Below are positions 26,146-38,049 of a stretch of DNA of 64,000 bases, piece after piece (the stretch's first letter is position 1; every line of letters starts with the position of its first letter). The stretch lies in NCBI RefSeq assembly GCF_009914755.1, contig NC_060929.1; one strand, 5' to 3'. Below the pieces are notes generated by a model, which saw only the letters and a program-made list of their open reading frames with translations, was not told where the DNA came from and ran no database searches. The DNA is from the human T2T-CHM13v2.0 reference genome, Homo sapiens. The position numbers were made by a program, and so were the translations under genes.

Positions 26146-26202
26146 CTGACCTTCTTCCAATTCAACCAGAGACCTCCATTCGACAGGGAAGAGTTAGGAT
26201 TG
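26146..26202 (-). other. Putative exon A (57 nt)
   Basis: Acceptor ctctccctgtctttgcatttttttctatag|, donor CAG|gtataa; one open frame NPNSSLSNGGLWLNWKKV; length is a multiple of 3. Confidence 0.45.
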
Positions 26203-26388
26203 CTATAGAAAAAAATGCAAAGACAGGGAGAGTTAATAGTTTTAAAATTCCAAAATAGGCACTTAAAAGTCTATTGTAGGGGCCATAGTTATGAAAGAAA
26301 AAGGCAAAGCTTGCATTTGCAAGAGTTATTTGAGAGGTGTATTGAGTGTTTTGTCTATTTTTATTTTATGTTTTAGAAAATAAAGCAG

Positions 26389-27328
26389 TTTTAAAATTGA
26401 TATATAATAGTTGTACATATTTTGGGGAGTACATGTGATACCTTGATACAAGCATACAATGTATGATGATCAAACTGGGGAAACTGGGATGTCAATCACC
26501 CCAAACATGTTGGGAACATTCAAATTCTTCTCTTCTAGCAATTTTGAAATATATGACAAATTATTATTGACTATCATTGCTCCGCCATACTATAGAATCC
26601 TATATCTTATTCCTTCTGTAAAATTGTATATTTTCTTTGTTTTACAAAATAATTTCAACTCTTACTTTATCTTTAGGGAGTACATGTGAAGGTTTGCTAT
26701 CTGGGTATATTGTGTGATGCTGAGATTTGGGGTACGAATGATCCCACCACTCAGGTAGTGAGCATAATACCCAATAGTTTTCCAACCTTTGACTCCCTCC
26801 TCTCCTCCCACTTCTGGTAGTCTCCAGTGCCTATATTTGCCATCTTTATGTTCATGTGTACCCAATGTCTAACTGTGTTTTTGTACCTTTTAACCAACCT
26901 CTCTTCCTCCCTCCTATCCCTTCTAGCCTGTGGTAGCCACCAATTAACTCTCTATCTTCATGAGATCTCTACAGAGATGGAAAAAAATGGTCCTAAAATT
27001 CATAGGGAACCACGAAAGATCCTGAAGAGCCAAATTCTTCTTGAGCACAAGAACAAAGCCAGAGGCATCACACTACCTAACTTCAACATATACTACAAAT
27101 CCAAAGCTGCAGGGCATAAGCATAAACACATACACACCGACCAATAGAACAGTACTGAGAACCCAGAGATAAATCCACACAGTTTACAGACAACTCATTT
27201 TTGACAAAGGTGCCAAGAACATACACTAGGGAAAGAACAGTCGCTTCACTAAATGGTGCTGGGAAAACTGGATAATCATATGCAGAAGAATGGAGCTAGA
27301 CCCCTATCTCTCCCCATGTACAACAATT
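26389..27328 (-). mobile_element. 5'-inverted L1MA: minus-strand 3'UTR to ~26968, then a plus-strand ORF2 piece at 26970-27328
   Basis: L1MA tail ttgatatataatagttgtacatatttt; switch to sense ORF2 peptide KNKARGITLPNFNIYYK. Confidence 0.8.
26636..26868 (-). mobile_element. Short L1PB-type 3' end nested in the L1MA
   Basis: gtacatgtgaaggtttgctatctgggtatattgtgtgatgctgag; host resumes at tctaactgtgtttttgtacc. Confidence 0.8.
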
Positions 27329-27743
27329 AAGCAGGGGTATTTAACCATTTTTATGCCATGGACTCCTTTGGTGGTCTGGTAAAGCTCATGGACTACTTAG
27401 AATAATGTTTATAAAAGCAAGAAATACATTGTTTACAAAATTGCGATTTTCTTGAAATACAGTCATCAAACTCATAAGGAATGACAAATGTCTCATAGGA
27501 TAATATGTATGCTTGTTCCTCAGTGCCTCAGATGACAAGATCTTGTGGTGGGTCTAATGACTTTGTTATTATTAAGTGGTGATGAGTGCAAATGATATTA
27601 TGAGATGTCTGCATCTGCAATGTGATATGAAAATATATGTGAAGTTTTTGGTAACAAGGCCACAAATTCTAATTACTGTGGTTGGTTGCCTGCGTTCATA
27701 TTGTAGGAAATGTTAATTTTCAGTTAGAATTTAATGAAAATAA

Positions 27744-28498
<755 letters not shown>

Positions 28499-28832
28499 CC
28501 TACAGACCTCAAGTTAAGAGCCCTTGAACTAAAGGCAGTTTTAATGGAGCCAGACTTAAAGTTAGTTTGTGTACAACAGAGGCTGGGTGGAGAGACAGAT
28601 GCCTCTGGCCTGAGGCAGGGGGACCAGGGAAAGGGGAGCTGGTATCTAGAGCCTGCCTAGCCTCTGCTGAGGGGGCTCTGTCTTGGCATCCTTAGGATCT
28701 TGGTGGTACTTACCAGTGCCTACAGATGATCCCTCACCACACAACAAGGAGTGCATGCTTTCTGAGATGCAGATCTTGGACTTCAGAAGGAGCAAAACCA
28801 GTAACAAAGGGTGTGCCCAGTTCACAGAGCAC

Positions 28833-30020
28833 ATATTCATTCAGTGTTTCATGAGCAACGATTTCTTGAGCACCTATTAGGTGCCAGGCTCTGTGCTGGG
28901 TGCTGAGGATGCGATGGCGGGGAGCACACTCATGGTGCCTGGTTTCATGGAGGACAAACAGGCAAGCAATTAATCAGCCAGAACAGTGCTAGGACAGTGC
29001 TGTTCAGGTGTTAAGGGGCACACAGGTGGGGCATCCGCTCAGCACATAGAGATCAGGAAGAATTCCTGGAGGAAGGAGGTGGTGGACAGCGAAGGTTGAA
29101 AGTGGTTTCTCCCAGAGGAAATAAAAGGAGGAGAGGGAACGACACATTTTGCAAGCCTGAGGATGGCTGGTGCTTCAGATGTGGAAAGGGCGAGGGGAGG
29201 AGTGAAACTTGAAAGGTGAGGGGTGAGGGTGGAAGTCGGCTCACTGCGACCCTGGCGGTGGCATTAAGGTTCTTTTGAGAGCCTTCGGGAAGCACTGAAG
29301 TGTTTCAAGCAGTGGAGTGGTGGAACCAGCTTTTCATTTCAGAAAGAATAGTCTATCTGTGGAGAAGTTCATGGATTAGTATGAGGTGAGAACAGAGGCA
29401 GTGAGACCACAACAGGGACCTATGTGGGAAGATGCACCTGGATCGTGATGGTCAGGATGGCAGTGCTGGCATTTGGGATAAAGAGAAGTGGAGAAGTGCA
29501 GGAGATATTTTGGAAGCGGATTTCATCAACTTGATAGATGATTAGTTTTAAAAAAACAAGGAAGAGGTGGAGTCAAAAATGCCTTCCTGGTTTATGGCCA
29601 GCTCCTTACTGACACCACCCCACCCCATATCGACCCATAATATTATTGTTTCAGGAAAGGGGAGAGAGAAGGAGAGAGAGAGAGGGAGACCAAAAAGTTT
29701 ACTAGGAGGAAATTATCAGATATCTAGGAGGAAAGCAAGGAAAAATAAAAGCCCAGGGAGCATATTTCCAGAGGGGAGAGTGGTCGATAATGCTAAATGC
29801 TGCTGAAACACCAGGTAAAATAAGCTTTGAGAAGTAAGTATTACACTAACAACAGAGGTCATCAGAGAATATGGCATCAGCAGTTCCTTCAGCATGGTGG
29901 GTAGGGCACCAGGTTCCCATGAGTTAAGAATGTATGATGGGTAGGAAAATAGACCAAAGTTTTAAAGACATTTGGCTGATAAGGGAAATAGATGAAAGAT
30001 GATAGCTGGAAAGAGATTTG
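28833..30020 (-). mobile_element. L2 fragments
   Basis: attcattcag..ttgagcacctattaggtgccaggctctgtgctggg is the reversed L2 3' end; purine-rich body. Confidence 0.75.
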
Positions 30021-30431
30021 TTCACTAGTAATCTTTTATTCCAAGAAACAGAAAACCTAAATCAAAGTGCATAAACACAAAAGCAATTTATTGTTCTTCA
30101 TGGCTGTAATTAGGTGGTGATGTCATCTGAGAATGAAGGAGACAATGGAGAGACTGTAAATTTGAGAAGGCCATGTATGGGGGACACTACTAAAGTTGGG
30201 AAAGAGAACCAGCCAGGGAAAAACAGTCACAGCGCATAAGACGGCTTAGAGCAGGCAGAAAATCCAGGGTGTAAAATAAAAAGCACTGTATTTTTTTGTG
30301 TCAATGTATTTCAGATACTAAGCATTTACTAATTTAAAGAGCTTCTTTAATTTTGGTAAATCCAAAGTCTTGCCATGCCATTTCCATTGAGTTCATCCTG
30401 TTTTGTATTAATTTCCCATTTCTGCATGACA

Positions 30432-30996
30432 TATTAGTTCAAGCTTAGCAGCTTAAAGCAACACCCATTTATTATCTTGGTTTTCATGGGTCTGGAGTCT
30501 GGGTACAGGTTAGTTGCGTCCTCTGCTTAGCATCTGAACTGGCTGAAATTAAGGTGCTGGCTGGCACTGCAGTGTCATGTGAAGTGCAGGCTCCTCTGTT
30601 GAGTTTGTGTGTTGTTGGCAGAATTCAGTTCTTTTAGGTTGTAGGACTGAAGTCCCTGGTTTCTAGCTGCATGTTGAGTGTGACCACTGTCAGTTGTTAG
30701 GGGCTGTCCTTAAGTCATTGCCACGTGGCCCCTTCCCAGGTGGCAGCGTACTCCTTCAAAGCCAGCAGGATAAGCTCCTTGAATTTTTATTTTCAAGACT
30801 CACCTCATTAAGTCAGCCCTGTTCAGGATAATCTCCCTTTTGATTAACTCAGAATCAACTGATTAGCAACCTAATCATGGAAATAAAATCCCATCATATT
30901 CAAAAGTCCTGGCAAAACTCAAGGGGAGGTAATTATACAGATGTGTACATGAGGCGGTGGGAATCTTGGGGTTATTTTAAGATTCTACCTACTGCA
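30432..30996 (-). mobile_element. MLT1E/F-type LTR
   Basis: cttagcagcttaaagcaacac..gttgttggcagaattcagttc..ggataatctcccttttgattaactca. Confidence 0.8.
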
Positions 30997-31051
30997 CTTC
31001 ATAACTTTTTTTCCACATAGCACCTTCCTAAATTATTTTATGTTTTGTTAC

Positions 31052-31520
31052 TGTGGTAAATTGAATAATTGGTTTCCATTGCACTATCCTGTAGAAACAT
31101 TACAACTACACATCAGCATATCTGCCATGGCTTCAGGGTGGGGGAGGATAATTTCCCACCTCTTGGGTTTGGGATTGGCCAGGTGACTTGCTCATGAAGG
31201 TTAAAGGGATGGGGACGAGAAGGTGGAAAGAGTTTTCAGACCCAGGCGAAGAATTAATAGGTGCAGAAGTGGGGAAGGAGGAAGATTGGGGATAAGATAA
31301 TCTGCAGTGCAGTTGGAGGAAAGTTTGGGTCAGATTCATGGGGAATCCTCAAGCCAAAGTCGCCCAGTTGAGTCCTGCGTCTTGCAGGAATAGACCTGCA
31401 TTAGTAGCCTCCATCCCCAGTTTCAGTCATTGGCTGGGAACAGCCTAAGGGAAGTGCAGCATTGGCATGAATACAAGGTAAATTCAAAACAGCAACAATT
31501 GGTGTCTTCAGTTGATTAAT
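31052..31520. mobile_element. Old MLT1 and ERVL LTR fragments
   Basis: tgtggtaaattgaataatt..ttggccaggtgacttgc, then cagtcattggctgggaacagcc. Confidence 0.4.
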
Positions 31521-32117
31521 CTTGCTGCAGGATATCTGAGTGGTGCATTTTCATGCATTCCCTGGCAGAGCGATGTTACTAGATGTGAGGTGGGTAGAGG
31601 CTTGCAAAGTGCTGGGTTGGTTGGATTGCTATTTGATGTGGTCACCGTTGCCATCACCCTGGGTAGCCAGTATGTGATATGTGGAGCAGAGACCACCCCA
31701 CCCCTGCCAACTTGTAGAATCATGGGTGTTTTTCTTACACATAAATAGCTGAATGATAAAATGACTTAATGCAAAGTGCTTCATATGGCATTCTTCAGCA
31801 ACGTAAACTAAACAATGTTAGGTTGTATATTTTAAGGGCAAGGAAGATAAGTGAAATTCAGATAGGATCACAAAATTAGAAGGTTGCAGTATTTCCTATA
31901 CAAATGAGTAAACTGGGATTTAGTCAGGTTAAACTAAGGGTCCCAGATCACAAAGAAAATTAGAAACAAATGGAAAAGTAAGTCAGACTAGTCTGGGTCT
32001 TAATATATAGCTCTACTGTCAGTATCGCAGATATTGTAAGGTGACGCTTCTTACACATGAAATAGATTTTAAATCTCTTGAATAATATTTAATCATAACT
32101 CTTCTTAATTAGAACCA

Positions 32118-32200
32118 GAATCTGGGTGCTCCTGTATTGGGTGCATATATATTTAGGACAGTTAGCTCTTCTTGTTGAATTGATCCCTTAAAAAAAAAAA
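32118..32200. mobile_element. Micro-insertion: 72-bp antisense L1PA endonuclease-region fragment plus sense poly(A)
   Basis: gaatctgggtgctcctgtattgggtgcatatatatttagga..gatccctt then an A run; TSD agaac(c/a)agaa at 32111-32120 and 32201-32210. Confidence 0.88.
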
Positions 32201-33494
32201 AGAACAAGAAATGAGATAACTTTAAAATTGAGTATCAATTTTATTATAGAGTCAAGTCTGATTATATGGCATTTTGAATTTCTGGGCTAGGAAGTTTGGA
32301 AATAATCAAAATCAGAGAGAGAAACATATATGTATGCTGGAAAATACACAGAATAATAGAGATCACAGTGCGGCAGCCCATACACTTTGCAGGTGTGCTT
32401 TGTTGGCAAGAGTTTTAAAAATGGAATTTTATGCCTTTAGTAGGGGTAGGTATTCTCCAATTCCCCCAAATCCCACTACCTTCCATTGTTTTATACCTGG
32501 CCTACCTCACTTACTTATTGTACTTCCCTAGCCCCTGAAGGTATTTGAACTTACATCCTTGATTCAGAATTATGTAATATGACGTTTTCCTTCTATCTAT
32601 GGGATCTCCATTAGTGGCTGCTACATTGTTAACTTCTTGATTCCCTAATTCATTTATACATTCATTCAATAATGTCAGTGTCAACTTTGGACAAATACTA
32701 TTAAATAAGTAAATCATATAGAGTATTTGAAGGTGAGAAATAATATAGCAAAAGAGAGAACACGGCAAGGCGGAGGAATTGGTTTTATAATTTTAAATCG
32801 AATGGTCTCAATTGTAAGTGTAGACCTCACTGAGAGTATAATGTTGGAGCAAAGACTTGAAGGAAATTAGACAGATGATTTTTGAAATGAGTAGGAAAAT
32901 CTTTCCTGTAATTGAAACATATTTTTATCTAAAATAGTTCCCAAAGTTAGTGGCTTTTCTGTTTCTGGAAGAATAGCAGGGAAAGGATCCCATTGCTTAC
33001 ATTTTTTAGGTTCAGCTTGTCCCCTATTTCAGGACTTTTCTAATATTTCAAGCACCATTACAAGAAGTCAGCCTGTGTCTGCCTTTTCCTTGAATTTCTG
33101 TGTCACCGGGTTTATCCTAGCACTCTGCATTGCCACATGGATTTACTTTTGTGTTTAAAGAGAGGAGACTCTGCAGGTAGAAGTAGGATGCAGGCACCAT
33201 TCCTTTCAGAAGGCATCAATGGTTCTATTGTGAAGGGGGCACATTTTTCCCTTATGGATGGCTTCCATGGAGCAAAGCTGGAGCTGAGCCACAGACAGAA
33301 AACAATTTCTGTCAAAGGTGGCAGAATAAAACATCGACAGCCCATTGAAACACAATCGCAGGCTTTGACTGGAGTAGCCAAGTCTAATTGAAGCCATCAT
33401 TTCATGACTGAGAGGGAACTTTCTCTGGAGAAGCTGAGGTATGCAATATCAAAACAAATTCGATCCAGAACTCAGAATTTCAGAGTTACAGAAT

Positions 33495-33555
33495 TTGCTA
33501 TGTTGGAAAAAAATTGTTTCCTTCTCAGACAGCTATACTGCACTAAAAGACCCCA
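33495..33555. repeat. Left arm of a 61-bp inverted repeat (partner 35600-35660)
   Basis: 60/61 identity to the reverse complement of 35600-35660. Confidence 0.98.
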
Positions 33556-34129
33556 GGGATTACAGCCGATATCTGATCTAACATTTAATACTGGAACACA
33601 GCATTTGTACCCAGACCCTGTGGCCTTACTGTTGAGATTCAAAGAGGTGGTTAAAATGTTTATGCTTCAGAGAAGGAGGCGATGAGAATGGGCACCATTT
33701 CAAAAATGTTGATTTTGGAGAAGTAATCCTACATAAAAGACTTTTTGTTTCTGTCCTTTAAGATGAAATGGCACTGTCTAGCCCTTGCTAGCTTTGGGTT
33801 GAATTATTGTAAGGACTGTTTTGTGTGCATTTTCTTTCAGTTGTCAACACCAAAGCAAAATATAAAGAAATCCTTGTCATTCCTCAGGAATTTCTGGGAT
33901 GTAGCTCACATTTAACTTTTCCAGGCATGTTAATGGGCCTTGGGTAATATTTTGGTAATTCCATCTAACAAATTGGTTTCTTTGAATCTGGTGGTGGGAG
34001 GAAAAAGGGAATGGGGAAGTGGCAATGGGATGAGGGATGCTGCTGAGCACCAAACTTGATCTCATGTATCTTTTCCAAATGAATTCTGGCCACCCTCCAG
34101 CAGAGGGAGGGAGTCTAAGAAAGGGACCT

Positions 34130-34250
34130 GTTCACTACTTGGGTAATGGGTACACTAGAAGCCCAATGCCATGAGCATGCACTATATTTATGTAACAAAC
34201 ATGCACAAGTATTTCATATATATATATATAATATATATATTTTTTAAAAT
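34130..34250 (+). mobile_element. Very short 5'-truncated L1 (PB/MA) 3' end with TA-converted tail
   Basis: cactacttgggtaatgggtacactagaagccca..gtaacaaacatgcac; TSD aaagggacct at 34120-34129 and 34251-34260. Confidence 0.8.
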
Positions 34251-34681
34251 AAAGGGACCTACATCCAGCTAAATTCAGGAGGACTGAAAGGATAGGTTGA
34301 GGCGAGGGTTTTAGTTTGCGTTTCCCTCGAAGCAGATACTCAGATAAGGATTCTAGAACAACTGGTTTCCTTGGGAAGTGAGGAAAGACGTGGATCAGGA
34401 AGGGAAGGCAGCCAATAAAGGTATGCTACTGGGAGGCTGGCATTTACTCTGTCTGGGGGGAAATGGCATAAAACAGAGCTAAGCCAGTATATTCTCTTAG
34501 GACACTAACGATTTTCATCAATCCATTTGTCCAACAAATATTTTTGAGAGCCACAAAAGCGAGACCCTCTTTCGTGCACAGGGGCAACACATTAGTGAAC
34601 AAAACCAAAATTTATGTCCTTATGTAGCTTTCATTCTAGAAAGAAAGAAAGATAACCACAGAATAAATAATTAAAGTCTAG

Positions 34682-35020
34682 AACTATGTCATCTAGCATG
34701 GTAGCCTCTAGGTATATGTGGCTCTTGAGCACTTGAAATGTGACCAGTTCAAACTGAGATGTGCTGTAAGTGTAGAATACATGCTGACTTTTAGAGACAT
34801 CCTATTAATACAAAAAAAAGTAAAATGTATCATTCATACTTCTTTATTGATAACATGGTGAAATGATAATTGAGATATGTGGAATTAAGTAAAATATATT
34901 GTCAAAATTAATTATAAAATTAATTAATTGTCAAAAAAATTATGCAATTTTAAAACGTGGCTACTAGAAAATTTAAACTTTCATATGTGGCTCATAGTAT
35001 ATTTTATGGGATAGGGTTGA
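34682..35020. mobile_element. MER33 (hAT-Charlie)
   Basis: tgagcacttgaaatgtgaccagt..gtggctactagaaaatttaaa..tatgtggctca. Confidence 0.8.
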
Positions 35021-35031
35021 TTAGAAACGTA

Positions 35032-35165
35032 GAGCCTGACTACTCAGTGTGTTTCAAATTCTAGCCACATACCATAACCAGCTGGAAGCTTGTTAGAGAT
35101 GCAGACTTTCTGGCCCCACTCAGGCCTACTGAATCAGAATCTGTTGTTTAACAGGATTCCCACAT
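35032..35165. mobile_element. MER5A-like fragment
   Basis: gcttgttagagatgcagact..ggccccac..cctactgaatcagaatctg..tttaacaggattccc. Confidence 0.75.
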
Positions 35166-35599
35166 AAAATGTAGGGATATCAACGAGAATCACCGATCAG
35201 TAGCGTGCACTTTTTGAGTGTTAAGGTGAAGAACAAAGCAGGGAAAGAGGATATGACATCCAGGTAGTTGCACGATTTTGTTTTCATACAATTTTAGATA
35301 TGATGTCTAGAGGATGTCCTCACTAAGTCTGTGGGAAGATCTCACTTAGGAAAACAATAATTAAGTAATATTTAAAGGAAGAGATGGAGCAACTATTCAG
35401 ATATATTTGGAAAGATTATTCCAGGAAGACGAAACAACCAGTGCAAAATACTGAGGCATGTATGTTTAAGAAGATAGAGATATTAAGCATGGGTGAAGTC
35501 AAATGACTGGAGGTGTGGTTAGGCAGGTGTGGGGCCAGATCCCATAGAGCCCAATAAGTCATAATAACGACTCTGGCTTTTGTTCTGAATGGAACAAAA

Positions 35600-35660
35600 T
35601 GGGGTCTTTTAGTGCAGTATAGCTGTCGGAGAAGGAAACAATTTTTTTCCAACATAGCAA
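35600..35660. repeat. Right arm of the 61-bp inverted repeat, inserted into L2
   Basis: Reverse complement of 33495-33555. Confidence 0.98.
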
Positions 35661-36436
35661 GCATAGAAAGCCATAGTCAGATTTTGAGCAGAGGTATAAC
35701 ATGATCTGACTCTTATTTCAATACAAACACTCTGGCTGAAGTGTTAAAGAGACTATAGTGAGTCATGAGTGAAAACAATAAATCTAATTATATTGCAACA
35801 ATCTAGGCAAGAGATCATAACAGTTTGCTACTGTGATAATCTAACTTAGATATATGGTGGCTTGAACATGAGTAGTAGCAATTGAGGTGATGAAAAGTTA
35901 GACTCTCAGTTTATTTTGAAAAAAGATTCAGCAGTGTTCTTTAAAATAATCAATGATAACTCAAGACTTTTTGGTCTGAACAAATGGAAATTTTTGTCAT
36001 TTTTCTGAGGTAGTAGAGAGTAGGGTACATGCAGATGTAGGGGAAATATTAGAAGCTTGGTTTTAACAGGTAAAGACTGAGATGCCTATGGCTATGCAAT
36101 TAGAGTTGAAGTAAGCAGGTAGATTTATGAATCTGAGTTTCAAAGGAGAGGTTTATATAAACTTGAAAGATTTTACATATAGTCGATACTTAATTCCATA
36201 AGATTGGAAAAGATCACAAGAAGCTGAGAGTAGACAGAAATGAGGAAATAAACTACTCAATTCCTCAACATCAAATATTGGTATTTTAGATGGAAGGGGA
36301 GGAGTCAGAGAAGGAGACTGAGGAGTAGCCTGAAAGAGAACAGGAAAATCAAATGAGTGTAGAGTCCTGGAAATCTAGAGGAGATGGCGTTTGGGGGAGT
36401 AAAGAGTTATCAGCTAGGTCAAAGAATGTTGGTTCT

Positions 36437-36833
36437 TGTACTAGTTCACTTTCACATTGCTATAAAGAACTACCTGAGACTGTGTAATTTATGAAGAAAA
36501 GAGGTTTAATTGACTCACAGTTCCACAGGCTTAACAGGAAGCATGACTGGGAAGCCTTAGGAAACTTACAATCATGGCGGAAGGTGAAGGGGAGCAAGCA
36601 CCTTCTCCACATGGTGGCAGGAGATAGAGAGAATGAAGTGGCAAGTGCTACACACTTTTAAACAACCAGATCTCATGAGAACTCACTCACAAGACAGCAC
36701 TAGGGGGATGGTGCTAAACAACGAGAAACCACCACCATGATCCAATTACCTTCCACTGGTTCCCTCCTTCAACATGAAGGGATTATAATTCGACATGAGA
36801 TTTGGGTTGGGGACACAGAGCCAAACCATATCA
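36437..36833 (-). mobile_element. MSTA/THE1D-like solo LTR
   Basis: tgtactagttc..ccaaaccatatca; TSD gttct/gttcc. Confidence 0.92.
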
Positions 36834-37792
36834 GTTCCCAATTAAGATAAAGATTGAGAACCAACTATAGAATTTAGTAGCATGGAGTTGCTCAGTGATC
36901 CTGAAATGAGAAGTTTTTGTGACATATAGGTAAGAAAGCTAGATTGGATTTTATTCAAATAAGATTGAGAAGAGATAAATTGGTGATAGTAAGTATAGTT
37001 AACTTTTTTGTTGTTATAAAATGAAGGACAAAGATTAGATGGTAGTTAGATTAGGAAAGTTGGGGGTCAAGAGAGAATTAATGTGGTGGGAGAAATAGCA
37101 GCATGCTTGGTAATGATCTAGTAGAGGGGAAAGTTGATGATGTGGGGAGAGAGAAGAACCACTGCTGATGGATGTCCTTGAGTAGGTGACAGGGCATAGT
37201 ATCTGGTGGATCAGTGGATCTGGTGGATTAGCTGGGAATATAGACCATTTTTGCAGGAGAAAAGCTCATGACTGAGGATAGATACATGTGTAAATGCATG
37301 TGTAGACGTACTGGTAGAAGCTTGAGCAAATTTCCTTCTGATTGCTTCAAATTTCTCTGTAAAGTCAGACACAAGCCCATGAACTAAGAATAAGGATGGG
37401 AGAGAAGCTGTCAATTTGAGAGGAGAGGAAGAAGGCATAATATAATGGTTCAAAAGAGTGGGAGAGAGAATGAACTGAGGATGCATAGCAGGATTGCTGG
37501 GTGGCATTAAGGACCTACTTGAGGTTAATGACTGTAGCAATGACTGTTGATTGTCAATCAAACCACTTTATCACTTTCTTCCATTGTCATAGAGTTTTAA
37601 CTGGGCACTTAGTTACCCAGTCAGTTTTACTGTCATGGCTTCCTCTGTAGCTTCACGTGGCCATTTTACCAAGTTTTTAAAAGCAAACTATGAAAAGAGA
37701 TGTGTACCCCAACCACATTTGGGCCATATCACTTTGGATATGAACTCCTCCTGGTTCTTTCCTCCTGTACCTTATTAAATAGGGTATATAAG

Positions 37793-37794
<2 letters not shown>

Positions 37795-37843
<49 letters not shown>

Positions 37844-38035
37844 TTAAAGCAGCCAGCCCCCAAACATATGTTTTATATATATTTATATATCTCACACAGA
37901 TAATATATTACATAATTTAAACTATATATCTATTAAAATATATAAATATATGTATCTTGAAAATATAACATATAAGTATATATATCATATATATGTGTGT
38001 GTGTGTGTATATATATATATTAAAGAATATACATA
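37795..38035. repeat. (TA)n microsatellite (~37795-37841) and TA/TG low complexity
   Basis: Direct reading. Confidence 0.95.
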
Positions 38036-38049
38036 TAGCCTTTGAGGAC

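Larger units (their letters stand above)
34515..37535 (-). mobile_element. Long fragmented L2 hosting MER33, MER5A, an MST/THE1 LTR and the inverted insertion
   Basis: ccaacaaatatttttgagagcc; gattttgagcagagg..atgatctgac; gaaggagactgaggagtag; ttctgattgcttcaa. Confidence 0.8.

Noticed and set aside
33495-35660. Inverted 61-mers as TIRs of a 2.1-kb DNA transposon
   Set aside because: No TSD or transposase, and the L2 runs colinearly through the right arm
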